From the sequence record OP079919.1: 64,000 bases of DNA. The stretch is one strand, 5' to 3'. The DNA comes from Klebsiella phage KPN8. Both the position numbers and the translations under genes were made by a program. Below are positions 37,297 to 46,680 of the stretch, in pieces (position 1 is the first letter of the stretch; every line of letters starts with the position of its first letter). The notes beneath the pieces are model-generated. The model was not told the DNA's origin, made no database searches, and saw only the letters and a program-made list of their open reading frames with translations.

Positions 37297-38052
37297 ATGA
37301 ACATCAATCAACTGCCAGAGAATCATCACGTCATTTCTTCTATGGTCAATCCGTTTGACCCTAACGAAGAATTGTTCTTCGTTACCCATCCTCGTGTAAA
37401 TACTTACCTGGATCTTGATGTTTGGTTCTGCGATATGGGTACTGGAGACATGAGGGTAATCGAGTCTTACAGTAAAGTATCCGACGTTCGGCTGCTTGGT
37501 TATATGGAAGGGCACGTTGCTAACAATCCGGATCAATTTCTTTACCCCACAGTTATTACCCCTCTTAGCCTGCGAGAGACTGAGATGGTCGTAGATGGCG
37601 TTCTCGGCGCTTTCAATCCTTCACCTCTTGAAAGAGCTAACGCCAGTAAATCTCTTCATCACCCTTCGCCAGAGGAAATATCCGATGGGGCATTTAAGGA
37701 GTACGAAGCGAGGAAAGCGGCTTTGAAAGAACTGCTGGAAAGCGGAGGTGAGATTAAACCAATTCCGAAAACGGTTTACTACACTAAAGAGTTTTCTGAT
37801 GCTTTAGAGGGCGTCCGCGCTGAACAGAGAGAGGCGACTGACCAACAAAGTTCCAAAATCCCCACTGAGTCTAGCGTAACCGTGACTGACCTTGGTGACG
37901 GATTTTCACGGATAGAAAAAGTAATCGGGGGAAGAACCTTGGTAAGTTACGATGAAAAGGCTCACATTCCTTTTCCAAGAAAGCGTAAGCCCAAGAAACC
38001 CAACCATAATCTTAACGCGATCATGGGTTTGTTAGCGAGGGCCAAGAAGTGA
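37297..38052 (+). CDS. hypothetical protein
   Basis: 251-aa ORF preceded by a TTTAGGAAA box. Basic C-terminus. Confidence 0.55.
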   Translation: MNINQLPENHHVISSMVNPFDPNEELFFVTHPRVNTYLDLDVWFCDMGTGDMRVIESYSKVSDVRLLGYMEGHVANNPDQFLYPTVITPLSLRETEMVVDGVLGAFNPSPLERANASKSLHHPSPEEISDGAFKEYEARKAALKELLESGGEIKPIPKTVYYTKEFSDALEGVRAEQREATDQQSSKIPTESSVTVTDLGDGFSRIEKVIGGRTLVSYDEKAHIPFPRKRKPKKPNHNLNAIMGLLARAKK

Positions 38053-38423
38053 CAGAAACGTATCAGAGTTGGGCCGCTGAGTTTAAAAAATCCGTCAGCG
38101 AGCTCAAAGAAGTCGAATCGGCCGGCTACGGCAAATATCGTTTAGGGGTGCAGGATCCGCCAGGAAAGCCCTACGTTCTGGTGGAAGTAAAAACTTCCGA
38201 TTGCGCGTACACACCCAACTATTCGTTGGATCTTGTGAAAACGATTAAGATTCCAAAACCTAAAGGGTTGCGGTTATCGGTAGAACGTCGTATTCGGTTA
38301 GTGGGATATCTTTTAGAAATCGGCGTGTTTGATTTACTCACTCAGGCCGAATGGGGGATGATCTTTAATGTCTCTCGTGGATCCATTTGGCATTATAAGA
38401 AACAGAACGAGGAATTGCTATGA
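38049..38423 (+). CDS. small HTH-like DNA-binding protein (GTG start)
   Basis: C-terminal LTQAEWGMIFNVSRGSIWHYKK resembles a sigma region-4 or HTH helix pair. GTGA overlap with the upstream gene. Confidence 0.45.
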   Translation: MTETYQSWAAEFKKSVSELKEVESAGYGKYRLGVQDPPGKPYVLVEVKTSDCAYTPNYSLDLVKTIKIPKPKGLRLSVERRIRLVGYLLEIGVFDLLTQAEWGMIFNVSRGSIWHYKKQNEELL

Positions 38424-38734
38424 AGATTTATGCTGTAGTTAGCAAGGAAACCGATAATGTGATCGCTAAGTTTCTCGATCACGGGACGGAGAAAATCAAG
38501 TTCAATGGGATCAAATTGGGTATCCTGGATCAACAGGTTCAGCCTGATGAAAGAGAGTTGCTGAAAGTTGTAGAGGTTTATCTTTCGTCGTCAAAAGGAA
38601 AGATGGATCAGACGAAACAACTCGATCCAGACACGTTTATTGTTGAGACGCTCAGTTATTATGAGGAGGTCGATTTTGTCTATCTATCTCGTAACCCTGA
38701 GCATGACATCGCTCTGTGCACACCAAAGGAATAA
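38420..38734 (+). CDS. hypothetical protein
   Basis: ATGA overlap. 104 aa. Confidence 0.5.
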   Translation: MKIYAVVSKETDNVIAKFLDHGTEKIKFNGIKLGILDQQVQPDERELLKVVEVYLSSSKGKMDQTKQLDPDTFIVETLSYYEEVDFVYLSRNPEHDIALCTPKE

Positions 38735-38736
38735 CG

Positions 38737-39102
38737 ATGCCCGAGATTGTAACCGCTTTTAGTGCTTGGGAATCGAAGTTCGTTTCCAGTTTAAATGAAA
38801 TGGAAAATTTTCTGAAGACTCCACCCGAACACACCAAAATCGAATCGACGATCAAAGGGACTAAACACGGTGTTTGGATTACGTTACTTTATTTCAAAGA
38901 CCGGGACGTTGTTCTAGGGAGAAGTTTCTCTATCACCAAGTGCCCTATCTACGTTGCGAATAACGTCGTGAGAACCAAACTGATTCGTCATATCGCCGAC
39001 CGTGGATTAGAGTCAATTGTTTCGATGACTCGGTGGGGTGGTATCTTAGGAATGAGTTCCGCCACCACCATTCGATGTTTTAAAGAAACTAAAGCACAAT
39101 AA
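38737..39102 (+). CDS. small HTH-like protein
   Basis: Start at MPEIVTAF (AAGGA SD). C-terminal SIVSMTRWGGILGMSSATTIRCFKETK is HTH-like. Confidence 0.45.
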   Translation: MPEIVTAFSAWESKFVSSLNEMENFLKTPPEHTKIESTIKGTKHGVWITLLYFKDRDVVLGRSFSITKCPIYVANNVVRTKLIRHIADRGLESIVSMTRWGGILGMSSATTIRCFKETKAQ

Positions 39103-39133
39103 CCTTTCAATACCTTTATTTAGGAAAAATATC

Positions 39134-39661
39134 ATGGCCAAACATTTTGCAGAAGATTTTAAATTAATGTTAGATCTTCACCAGCGCGTACCAGTTGAAG
39201 TACTCAGGGCCTCAGACCAGGTTAAAGCCGCAGTTAAGGTTATCGTAGACACTGTGTCTAAAATCAACGAAGCTCACCCTAGCAAACTCTTACAATCAGG
39301 GTTTGTTATCACGGGATCTCATATTGCAAAAAATACTGATTTTGTTATTGAGCAAACCGAACTTAAGTTGGCATTATCAGAAATAGTGAGTTCTTCTTGT
39401 TACCGTGTAAAGATTGATCTGGTGAACACGAAAAATGACCGTCCTTCCTCGGCGGACCACCACATCTTATCCGAAGCTATTTTACTAGCTTTGGATATTT
39501 ATGCGGTCTCCCCCTCTGGGGTTAGAGTGAATGATAAACCTAAACCCAGCCTGTGTTTAGCAAATCATTTACAAGAAAGTTTTAAAATGTATTCTTGCGA
39601 AGCTTTCGTTAATATCAACCCCTACGCGATAGACATCCTCTTCCCTATCGTTTCATTATAA
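39134..39661 (+). CDS. hypothetical protein
   Basis: 175-aa ORF preceded by a TTTAGGAAA box. Confidence 0.55.
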   Translation: MAKHFAEDFKLMLDLHQRVPVEVLRASDQVKAAVKVIVDTVSKINEAHPSKLLQSGFVITGSHIAKNTDFVIEQTELKLALSEIVSSSCYRVKIDLVNTKNDRPSSADHHILSEAILLALDIYAVSPSGVRVNDKPKPSLCLANHLQESFKMYSCEAFVNINPYAIDILFPIVSL

Positions 39662-39692
39662 TCAAAAATCTCCGTACCCTACCTAAATAAGG

Positions 39693-40046
39693 ATGAAGAA
39701 AATGAGTACATTTCTGTTAGTTGTATCCGGCTGGTTCGCTCTGTCTATTATCTGTGTCGCTGGCTACTCCTTCGTAAGAGAGGGGTGGAAAAAAGAAGAT
39801 CTCTCTTGGTCGGAGTTTATTAAACAAAGCACGATCTGCGCTAACGTCATTAAAGACAAAGCGGCGCATAAACCTCACGATGTGACTCTGGGGGATTTCT
39901 TAAGCTCCGAAGAAGTTAAACCCTGGTTAAAAGGTTTTGACTACGACGTTGAAGAGAAAACCGATTCTTACGTTATTACGTTGAGAACCCCGGCGCACGC
40001 AAGAGATTTCCTGTTACCACGACAGTTGTTTCCTAATGCCGCATAA
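39693..40046 (+). CDS. signal-anchored membrane protein
   Basis: MKKMSTFLLVVSGWFALSIICVAGYSFV N-terminal TM. SD 'aaggatgaagaaa ATG'. Confidence 0.5.
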   Translation: MKKMSTFLLVVSGWFALSIICVAGYSFVREGWKKEDLSWSEFIKQSTICANVIKDKAAHKPHDVTLGDFLSSEEVKPWLKGFDYDVEEKTDSYVITLRTPAHARDFLLPRQLFPNAA

Positions 40047-40049
40047 AAC

Positions 40050-40105
40050 AGTATAGTCCATCCCCTAGGGGATGGACTATACTCAACATTTCATTTTTTT
40101 TTTCA
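40050..40105 (+). terminator. intrinsic terminator before the tailspike array
   Basis: agtatagtccatcccctaggggatggactatact, then a T10 run. Confidence 0.65.
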
Positions 40106-40195
40106 CTAACGAATTTTATGCTTTGAAAACCGAGTATGTGGGACGCCGCATAAACGTAATCATACATGTATGCTTATTGGTGAATAGAGGACGCT

Positions 40196-42076
40196 ATGAC
40201 CACACCAACTCAACTACCGATACCCAGTAGCAATTTGCTGGATTCGAGATTTAACTTTGAGAAGTTAGACCAGATAGTAAACTCAGATGCCGATTTCTAT
40301 TTGGACCGTTTTGGCAAACAACGTCTTACCGTTTTGGGCGCCACCAATCAGCTCATCCAAAGCCTGAAAGATCAAACTGGTGCCAACAATGTAACCTACG
40401 TCAAATCCAAGGTGGATAAAGTACTGTCATCGATAGGGTATTCCCTTGACGTCATTCCAATGAATATCTTTGACAAGGCTTATTTGTGTTCGGGAACTGA
40501 CAACCCAGATCCTAATACTTGGATCTGGACCGCCGCCCTGCAGGGCGTTTTATCGGATATCGCTTCTTATAAGCTTTTTACCCTCAACGGAAATGACTAT
40601 TATACAACTTTCTCCCTACGAATACCTGGAGGGGTTTATCAGATCGACGATCTGGTTAGTTTGGGTAAGGTAGCAGGGACTGGAGGAGGAGCATCCTTTA
40701 GGACCAACATCGTTATCAACGGAGATGGAAAAAGCAGTTCGGTTCTTCGTCTTATAGGTGATGATAAACAATTGTTTAAATTCACAGAAAGCCGTTTAGT
40801 CATGAGGGATATAGGGCTTCAAACTAACGGGGCTCGTAACATAGGGATGGAATTAGGCGATCAAAATAATTGGGTCCCGATGGCCCACTCCCATCTTGAC
40901 AATGTTTCGATTACCGGATTTTGTCGCGGATTGCTAATAAGCCATTGCTTTGACAGCACGTTCGATTCTTTATTCATATCCGAGATAGCCGATACGGGTA
41001 ATGCGGTTATACCCGCTACCGGTATTGAAATTGCGCAGTTTTTAGGAAAAGATTCCTCTAACAATCCAGATAACTCTAACCAACTGACGTTTATTAACTG
41101 TGTAGTTGAGACGGCTAGGACCGATAACGCTATTTTGTTTTACGTCAACGGAATTAGTAAAAGTTATCCCCACCACGCCATCAACTTCTTAGGTGGGCAC
41201 CTGGAAACCCATAGACGGAACACGGTCTGTTATAAATTTAACAACATGGCCCTGTCAACCTTCACAGGAGTGACATTCAGTCAGAACGGCACTGATTCTA
41301 CTAACCCTGTAAACGTTGGGGTAATAACTGACTCCTGGAATATTATCTTTAATGGCGGAAGAACAGTAACCAATAATGCTAAAAACACTTACGATGATAC
41401 TTGGGATAAATTGATAACCGTAGCGGGATCTAGCATGGGGATCACGTACATGAATCATCATTTTATTACCCCATACCAGACGTATTCTTCGTATAACCGT
41501 AATGCCAACACCGTGTTCAATTTTACCGGGGCGACCGCGGGAATAAACGCCATCGATGCCGATCGCTGTAGATTGAACGACTTCACGTTCAAGCCGTTCA
41601 CCAAATCTATAGAAATAACCAGAATGGATTTGATTACTCAGCGTTTCAGGATATCCGTAAACACTTCTGGTAGTCTGGTTTTCGCGTACTCTAATGATGT
41701 TACTGGCGCCGCCGCTATGACGGATTTGGTAACCATCACCAATACAGGGAATGCGACTTTTCTTGGGTCCGTTACGGCAACTAACGTAACCGGGACGTCC
41801 GATGAGAGGTTAAAAACAGAAATAGGAGAAGTTGATCAAGTTTTAATTGATGTTGTTAAAAGTCTACGGCCTAAGAAGTATCGACTGAAAAACGACCCCC
41901 AAAACAAAATTAGAGTGGGATTCATCGCCCAAGACCTAATAGAACTTATGGATAAAGCTGGATTGGATTTCAAGAAATACAGTATTATCGCAGAGTTTAA
42001 TATTCCTGGGGATGATTCAGAAAACACGTATTATTCCTTGGACTATGATGAAATAATGTTGTTAAGATCCTTGTAG
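40196..42076 (+). CDS. tailspike/depolymerase-like protein 1 with C-terminal S74 intramolecular chaperone domain
   Basis: Conserved N-terminal module MTTPTQLPIPSSNLLDSRFNFEKLDQIVNSDADFYLDRFGKQRLT. Beta-helix body. C-terminus TGTSDERLKTEIGEVDQ ... GFIAQDL matches the S74 self-cleaving chaperone signature (S-D-x-R-x-K). Confidence 0.8.
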   Translation: MTTPTQLPIPSSNLLDSRFNFEKLDQIVNSDADFYLDRFGKQRLTVLGATNQLIQSLKDQTGANNVTYVKSKVDKVLSSIGYSLDVIPMNIFDKAYLCSGTDNPDPNTWIWTAALQGVLSDIASYKLFTLNGNDYYTTFSLRIPGGVYQIDDLVSLGKVAGTGGGASFRTNIVINGDGKSSSVLRLIGDDKQLFKFTESRLVMRDIGLQTNGARNIGMELGDQNNWVPMAHSHLDNVSITGFCRGLLISHCFDSTFDSLFISEIADTGNAVIPATGIEIAQFLGKDSSNNPDNSNQLTFINCVVETARTDNAILFYVNGISKSYPHHAINFLGGHLETHRRNTVCYKFNNMALSTFTGVTFSQNGTDSTNPVNVGVITDSWNIIFNGGRTVTNNAKNTYDDTWDKLITVAGSSMGITYMNHHFITPYQTYSSYNRNANTVFNFTGATAGINAIDADRCRLNDFTFKPFTKSIEITRMDLITQRFRISVNTSGSLVFAYSNDVTGAAAMTDLVTITNTGNATFLGSVTATNVTGTSDERLKTEIGEVDQVLIDVVKSLRPKKYRLKNDPQNKIRVGFIAQDLIELMDKAGLDFKKYSIIAEFNIPGDDSENTYYSLDYDEIMLLRSL

Positions 42077-42160
42077 TTTGGGAAATTGGGGGCGTATTTT
42101 TAACTAACGTACCATAACGTCCCCCCCCCACTCCAATTTAGTCAAACAAAGGGTGTTATG
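42077..42160 (+). promoter_or_regulatory. conserved tailspike leader element, copy A (imperfect inverted repeat, C9 tract, AGTCAAACAAAGGGTGTT ATGATGAC)
   Basis: Homologous to 54481..54577 at the nucleotide level: ggaa(a)ttggggg..tttttaac(t/c)aac(g/t)taccat..c(a)ccccaatt(t/c)agtcaaa(c/t)aaagggt. Confidence 0.35.
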
Positions 42161-44299
42161 ATGACGACTCCAACTAAGAACGACATTCCAAGCAATAATT
42201 TGTTGGATGCTCGTTTTAACTTTGAAAAGCTCGATCAGATTGTTAATAGCGACGCGAACTATTACCTTGATCGATTTGGTAAACAACGACTCACTTCGGC
42301 CGGATTGGAAGATTTAGCCAGACGATTATCTGAAGATTATGAATCCACCCTATCTAATCAGGATGGGTATAAGAAAATGGGGATGGTGTCTGATTTTACT
42401 ACTCTCAGAACTATCGCCCCAACAATGGAAGGTCAACGCATTCTGCTCAGGTCGGTTGACGCTGGTTCGAATAATGGATCGGGAGAGTTTATAGGACATT
42501 TAGGGAGCAATGGGGTTGACGACGGGGTTAATGTCGCGGTGGGATCCAACTTCTATTGGGAGAGGCTTTCGACTGATTTTGTTAAATCTTCTTCTATAGG
42601 TGATTACACTCGGATTAACTCCTTTATTTCAGCCGGAAATAAGAAGATCACTGTCGATGCCGATCTCAGCGGGTGGCTTAACGTCAAAAGTAACACCACG
42701 ATAACTTTTAACCCATTGTGTCGGCTGATACCTGATACCGATGACAAAGTCGGCATAAGTATTAGAGGAGCCGCCCCAACCTCCTATGTTAATCTAGCTA
42801 CTGATGCATTAGGGATAGATGGCTCAATTACCACCACTAATGACGTTTTTAACATTGGTGATTGGCTGGAAATTAGATCCAACAAGGTTCTTCCCGGCGC
42901 GAATTTTTATCAGGTTAAGCAATCTGTTTTACGCAAAGTGCTTCGTAAAACACAAAATGGAAATGGAACTTGGACATACCGTCTCCACAGTAGTTTAGGT
43001 TATAACTTTAACGTCAGCGACGGTGCTTCCGCTGGGGTTGCGACAGTATTGGAAAATATTGTTATCGATGGGGCTAACTTAAATAAAGACAATTTCACCA
43101 ATATCTTCACCATAGGGATAAACTGTTATTACGTTTATAACCTCACTATAAAAAATATCAACCTATTCGGAACAAAAGTAAAGGATTCTGCCTCAGACAC
43201 TCCAGGAAGATCCGGAATAAAACTGTATAATTGCGTTAACGTTAGAATCGATAATGTGAACGCCTCTTATATAGGGTGGTATGGTGTAGAGGTTATGGGA
43301 TGCAGTGAAAACGTAGATGTAAATCGTTTATACGGTGTGGATTGTCGACATACCGTTTCCATGAACTGGATCGAATCTGGCGACCTTTATGGTGGGCCTA
43401 TGTGGGTTTCGGTAAGGAACTCAGCAAGTCACGCTGCAAGATTAAGTGGGTTTGACACTCATGATCTAGGAAAGGGGATCGCATTTATTAATTGCCAGAG
43501 TTTCGATTCTGGTGATGATGGATTCCAAGTAAGGGCGATGGACACCGTTCTAATCGATTGCCATGCTGAAGGATCGACACTTGATGGCTTCGGCGGCGCT
43601 ACTGGCGCAAAGAACAGCAAATTAGTAAACTGTTCTTTCAACTACAACGTCAGATACGGAATTAATTTAGGTTATGAAGGCGGTATTGTTATCGACTGTG
43701 ACGTCGATAATAACGGTTACATGGGGATTTGTACCATCGGCGGACTCATTCAAGGAGGGTCGGTCACCAATAATTATCCGGCTGCTATCGATATAGGCGC
43801 CGGATTTAATGCCGCCCAAACCGATCTCAAAATCGATGGTGTTAGAATGCCCTCTTCGACCGCCCAGACAAAAATTTTGAGTTTTGCTGGTGACGCGGTA
43901 GCCGCTAACAACAAACCTGAGTTGGTTAGAATGGAAAATTGTTACGTTCCTGGTTACGGAAGAGATTGGGTCAGACTGGTATCGTTCACCGTCCAACCTT
44001 TACCCCCGGTGCTTAATAATAATCTACTTACTTCCAGCTTAACCTCCCCTGGAAAAATAAGCGGGCAAGTCCAATTATCTGCAGGGACAGCCACGGTGAC
44101 AACCACAGAGGTTTTCTCACAACTTGGTAGCGGTGCAAATGTTTTAAAATACTCATCGCAGATTAAGTTGAAACCTATCGCTCGTTCTGCCAATATAGGC
44201 GCTCATTATGTTTCAGCAATCAACAACGGGACGTCCTTTGTAATCAATTCAACCAATTCCTCGGATGGCTCGACCATTTATTGGGAAATAACACTTTAA
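42161..44299 (+). CDS. tailspike/depolymerase-like protein 2
   Basis: N-terminal ~45 aa nearly identical to protein 1 (MTTPTKNDIPSNNLLDARFNFEKLDQIVNSDANYYLDRFGKQRLT). Beta-helix segments (NCVNVRIDNVNASYIGWYGVEV, IDCHAEGSTLDGFGG). A second ATG lies at 42158. Confidence 0.8.
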   Translation: MTTPTKNDIPSNNLLDARFNFEKLDQIVNSDANYYLDRFGKQRLTSAGLEDLARRLSEDYESTLSNQDGYKKMGMVSDFTTLRTIAPTMEGQRILLRSVDAGSNNGSGEFIGHLGSNGVDDGVNVAVGSNFYWERLSTDFVKSSSIGDYTRINSFISAGNKKITVDADLSGWLNVKSNTTITFNPLCRLIPDTDDKVGISIRGAAPTSYVNLATDALGIDGSITTTNDVFNIGDWLEIRSNKVLPGANFYQVKQSVLRKVLRKTQNGNGTWTYRLHSSLGYNFNVSDGASAGVATVLENIVIDGANLNKDNFTNIFTIGINCYYVYNLTIKNINLFGTKVKDSASDTPGRSGIKLYNCVNVRIDNVNASYIGWYGVEVMGCSENVDVNRLYGVDCRHTVSMNWIESGDLYGGPMWVSVRNSASHAARLSGFDTHDLGKGIAFINCQSFDSGDDGFQVRAMDTVLIDCHAEGSTLDGFGGATGAKNSKLVNCSFNYNVRYGINLGYEGGIVIDCDVDNNGYMGICTIGGLIQGGSVTNNYPAAIDIGAGFNAAQTDLKIDGVRMPSSTAQTKILSFAGDAVAANNKPELVRMENCYVPGYGRDWVRLVSFTVQPLPPVLNNNLLTSSLTSPGKISGQVQLSAGTATVTTTEVFSQLGSGANVLKYSSQIKLKPIARSANIGAHYVSAINNGTSFVINSTNSSDGSTIYWEITL

Positions 44300-44357
44300 C
44301 CTTTGCTGGATGGTGATTGGTCGACGCCGGTCTAAAACTAATTTGTTAGGGTCATTT

Positions 44358-44391
44358 AAAATCCAACCGGTCTTAAGACCGGTTGGATTTT
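44358..44391 (+). terminator. intrinsic terminator
   Basis: aaaatccaaccggtc-ttaa-gaccggttggatttt with a 15-bp stem and flanking A/T runs. Confidence 0.65.
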
Positions 44392-44433
44392 ATGCTTACC
44401 GATATTTCAACCTTCCTGACCCGAGGAATAGCA

Positions 44434-46665
44434 ATGACTTTACCAACGCAAAAACCTATTCCGAGTTCATCCATAACTGATCAATTATTTAATGCCGAAA
44501 AGATAGATCAGGTTGTTAACTCGGATGAACTAGAATATTCCGATCGTTTCGGAAAGAAACGATTCACCTTTTCAGGATTATACAACGTTGTACAGAATTG
44601 GATCAGCAGTTTGGGGTCAAGTTCCGGGGCGTCAGCTGTAGGTCTTAGCCAGGGCGGTACGGTTCAGGCCGGTCTCTACAACGTTGTTAATGTCGAACAA
44701 TTCGCTTATCTCAATACTTCAGATGATGATTGGGGTCCGGCTTTTAGAGGGGCCAGGGATAAAGCAATCGAGATATCTGCTCCGGTCGTTACTTTTAAAG
44801 GTCAGTACAAAATAAAAGTAAGCTCCGGTCCGACCACTCACACCCTGCCTTTCGACGACGGAACTTACGATACAAGAAGAACTGGCGAAGTTTTACTTTC
44901 TCCAGAAACCTTGAATACAATGCCTGTAGGATTGGAATGGCCTTCCGGACTCTCCCTTAAATCAGACGGGATCGGAAATAACTCAATTACTTTCGATTGG
45001 GATAATGCCACTGTTGGGCTGTCTCAGGGGATTGGTATCTGCATCAGGGTCAGAAACTGGGACGGAACTTATCTTGCTAAGGCCGGGTCAGTTAATCGCA
45101 TGAATAGCGATATAGCCAATGTGGAGTTTGATGGGTTTAGCGTAAATAATGCCTTTATCGGAATACTGGCCGACGGTATCGTGGGATCAGTCAGTTGGGG
45201 CAGTCTCCAGTTTAAGAAATGTTTCTTACCTATGACTTGGCAGGGCGCCGACAGATGCACGATTAAGAAACTGAGATTTACAGATTGTCCTACCGGATTC
45301 TCGGTAGGTGGATGGTGGCTGACCCGTAACGACATATCAGGATCCAATACCGGATTGGGGGTCCCGCCTTACATTGCAGGAACCGACGTGTACTGCATCG
45401 GATGGATGGACTTCGTTAAAATTGAATCTCTGGAGTACTCTAATAGTACTTCGTTTGACAATTCCCCGTTGTTTGCCGCGGTAGATACTTTCTTCGACAC
45501 CTATTTCTACAAAAGCGCGAACAGCGCTAGAACTGCTAGTGGTGGTCGATGCACTAATACAGGCCCTAACCTAACTAGCGCGAGTACGTTAGCGGCAGAT
45601 TCTCCGTTCTTAGGTATCGCCGGGCGCGCTCACTCACAAATGGGGCGTTACCACCGAAATCACATCTTGAATGAAATTATTTCTCTCAAGACGTGGGGAT
45701 GTTTCAGGGCATCAGTCCTTACCACTGCTAATGGAAACTCGGAGCTCAACGTCCCGGGGTGCATAGTGGGTACCGCGTACATCGAACAGGCCTGTAAGGT
45801 CACGGTTGGCGGTGACGCCACGGTGGGGGGAAGTAATGACTTCGTTACATCAGGTAAAGATGTTTGGAAAGGGACAAAAACTTATTCTAAGTATTATGCT
45901 GGTGAAGGATCCGTAATCGTTAAAGATGGATGGTCTGTTAATAGTTTGGGGTTGTTCCCGTCAGCGCGGACTGTTGCAAGAAATGATAATGGGTATAATA
46001 ACAGACTAAGAAGAACAATTGTCGACGATGGCACAGGGAAACCGGTCATACTCGAACAGCTTTCTGAAACGGTCTATGCGACCCCTCCTCAGAAATTTAT
46101 TCCTAACGCCGTGGGTTCAGTAGACGACAAATATTACTGGGTTCAACTAGAAAAGAACGTCTCTTCAAAGGCTACTATTTATTCTGGTGTTCCAACGACG
46201 GCGGCGCAAACACCTATAACCTCTCCGGCCATTAAAGTAATAATGGAACGTTTAGGTAACAGAGTTAAATTAAAAATTAATTTGGATGCGTCAAATTACG
46301 CAGCCGGCGGCAGTAATCCGGTGGTAATCGGATTTACTGGGGTCTATAAACCTATTCTTACTGCAAGTCCCGATTACGCCCTTGGGGCGTACGGTCCGGT
46401 GAGACCCATAATGGTCAGCACCAAAACATTTACAGTTACCGATTCTACTTCAGTGAGTCGGACGTTTAGGATCGAGCCGGTCGCGCATCAAGCTGGGGTA
46501 TTCACTGATGGCGGCGGGGTTAATAATTACTACTTTGTTTTGCTCACCCAGCATCATACTTCTGACACTAATAGACTGTTGTGGTCGGATTTCACCGGTT
46601 CGTTATGTCAGATAGAAATAGAATATGATACGAATGACGCTATCACTTCATCCAGCGTATTTTAA
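44434..46665 (+). CDS. tailspike/depolymerase-like protein 3
   Basis: Start moved to MTLPTQKPIPSSS so that the conserved module begins the protein. The listed 44383 start lies inside the upstream terminator hairpin. Shares an extended ~75-aa N-terminus with protein 4. Confidence 0.75.
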   Translation: MTLPTQKPIPSSSITDQLFNAEKIDQVVNSDELEYSDRFGKKRFTFSGLYNVVQNWISSLGSSSGASAVGLSQGGTVQAGLYNVVNVEQFAYLNTSDDDWGPAFRGARDKAIEISAPVVTFKGQYKIKVSSGPTTHTLPFDDGTYDTRRTGEVLLSPETLNTMPVGLEWPSGLSLKSDGIGNNSITFDWDNATVGLSQGIGICIRVRNWDGTYLAKAGSVNRMNSDIANVEFDGFSVNNAFIGILADGIVGSVSWGSLQFKKCFLPMTWQGADRCTIKKLRFTDCPTGFSVGGWWLTRNDISGSNTGLGVPPYIAGTDVYCIGWMDFVKIESLEYSNSTSFDNSPLFAAVDTFFDTYFYKSANSARTASGGRCTNTGPNLTSASTLAADSPFLGIAGRAHSQMGRYHRNHILNEIISLKTWGCFRASVLTTANGNSELNVPGCIVGTAYIEQACKVTVGGDATVGGSNDFVTSGKDVWKGTKTYSKYYAGEGSVIVKDGWSVNSLGLFPSARTVARNDNGYNNRLRRTIVDDGTGKPVILEQLSETVYATPPQKFIPNAVGSVDDKYYWVQLEKNVSSKATIYSGVPTTAAQTPITSPAIKVIMERLGNRVKLKINLDASNYAAGGSNPVVIGFTGVYKPILTASPDYALGAYGPVRPIMVSTKTFTVTDSTSVSRTFRIEPVAHQAGVFTDGGGVNNYYFVLLTQHHTSDTNRLLWSDFTGSLCQIEIEYDTNDAITSSSVF

Positions 46666-46680
46666 CATTTAAGGTGTGAT

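Noticed and set aside
44383-44433. Listed upstream start (MDFMLTDISTFLTRGIA) of tailspike 3
   Set aside because: It falls inside the strong terminator hairpin at 44358..44391, and the conserved N-terminal module begins at the ATG at 44434.
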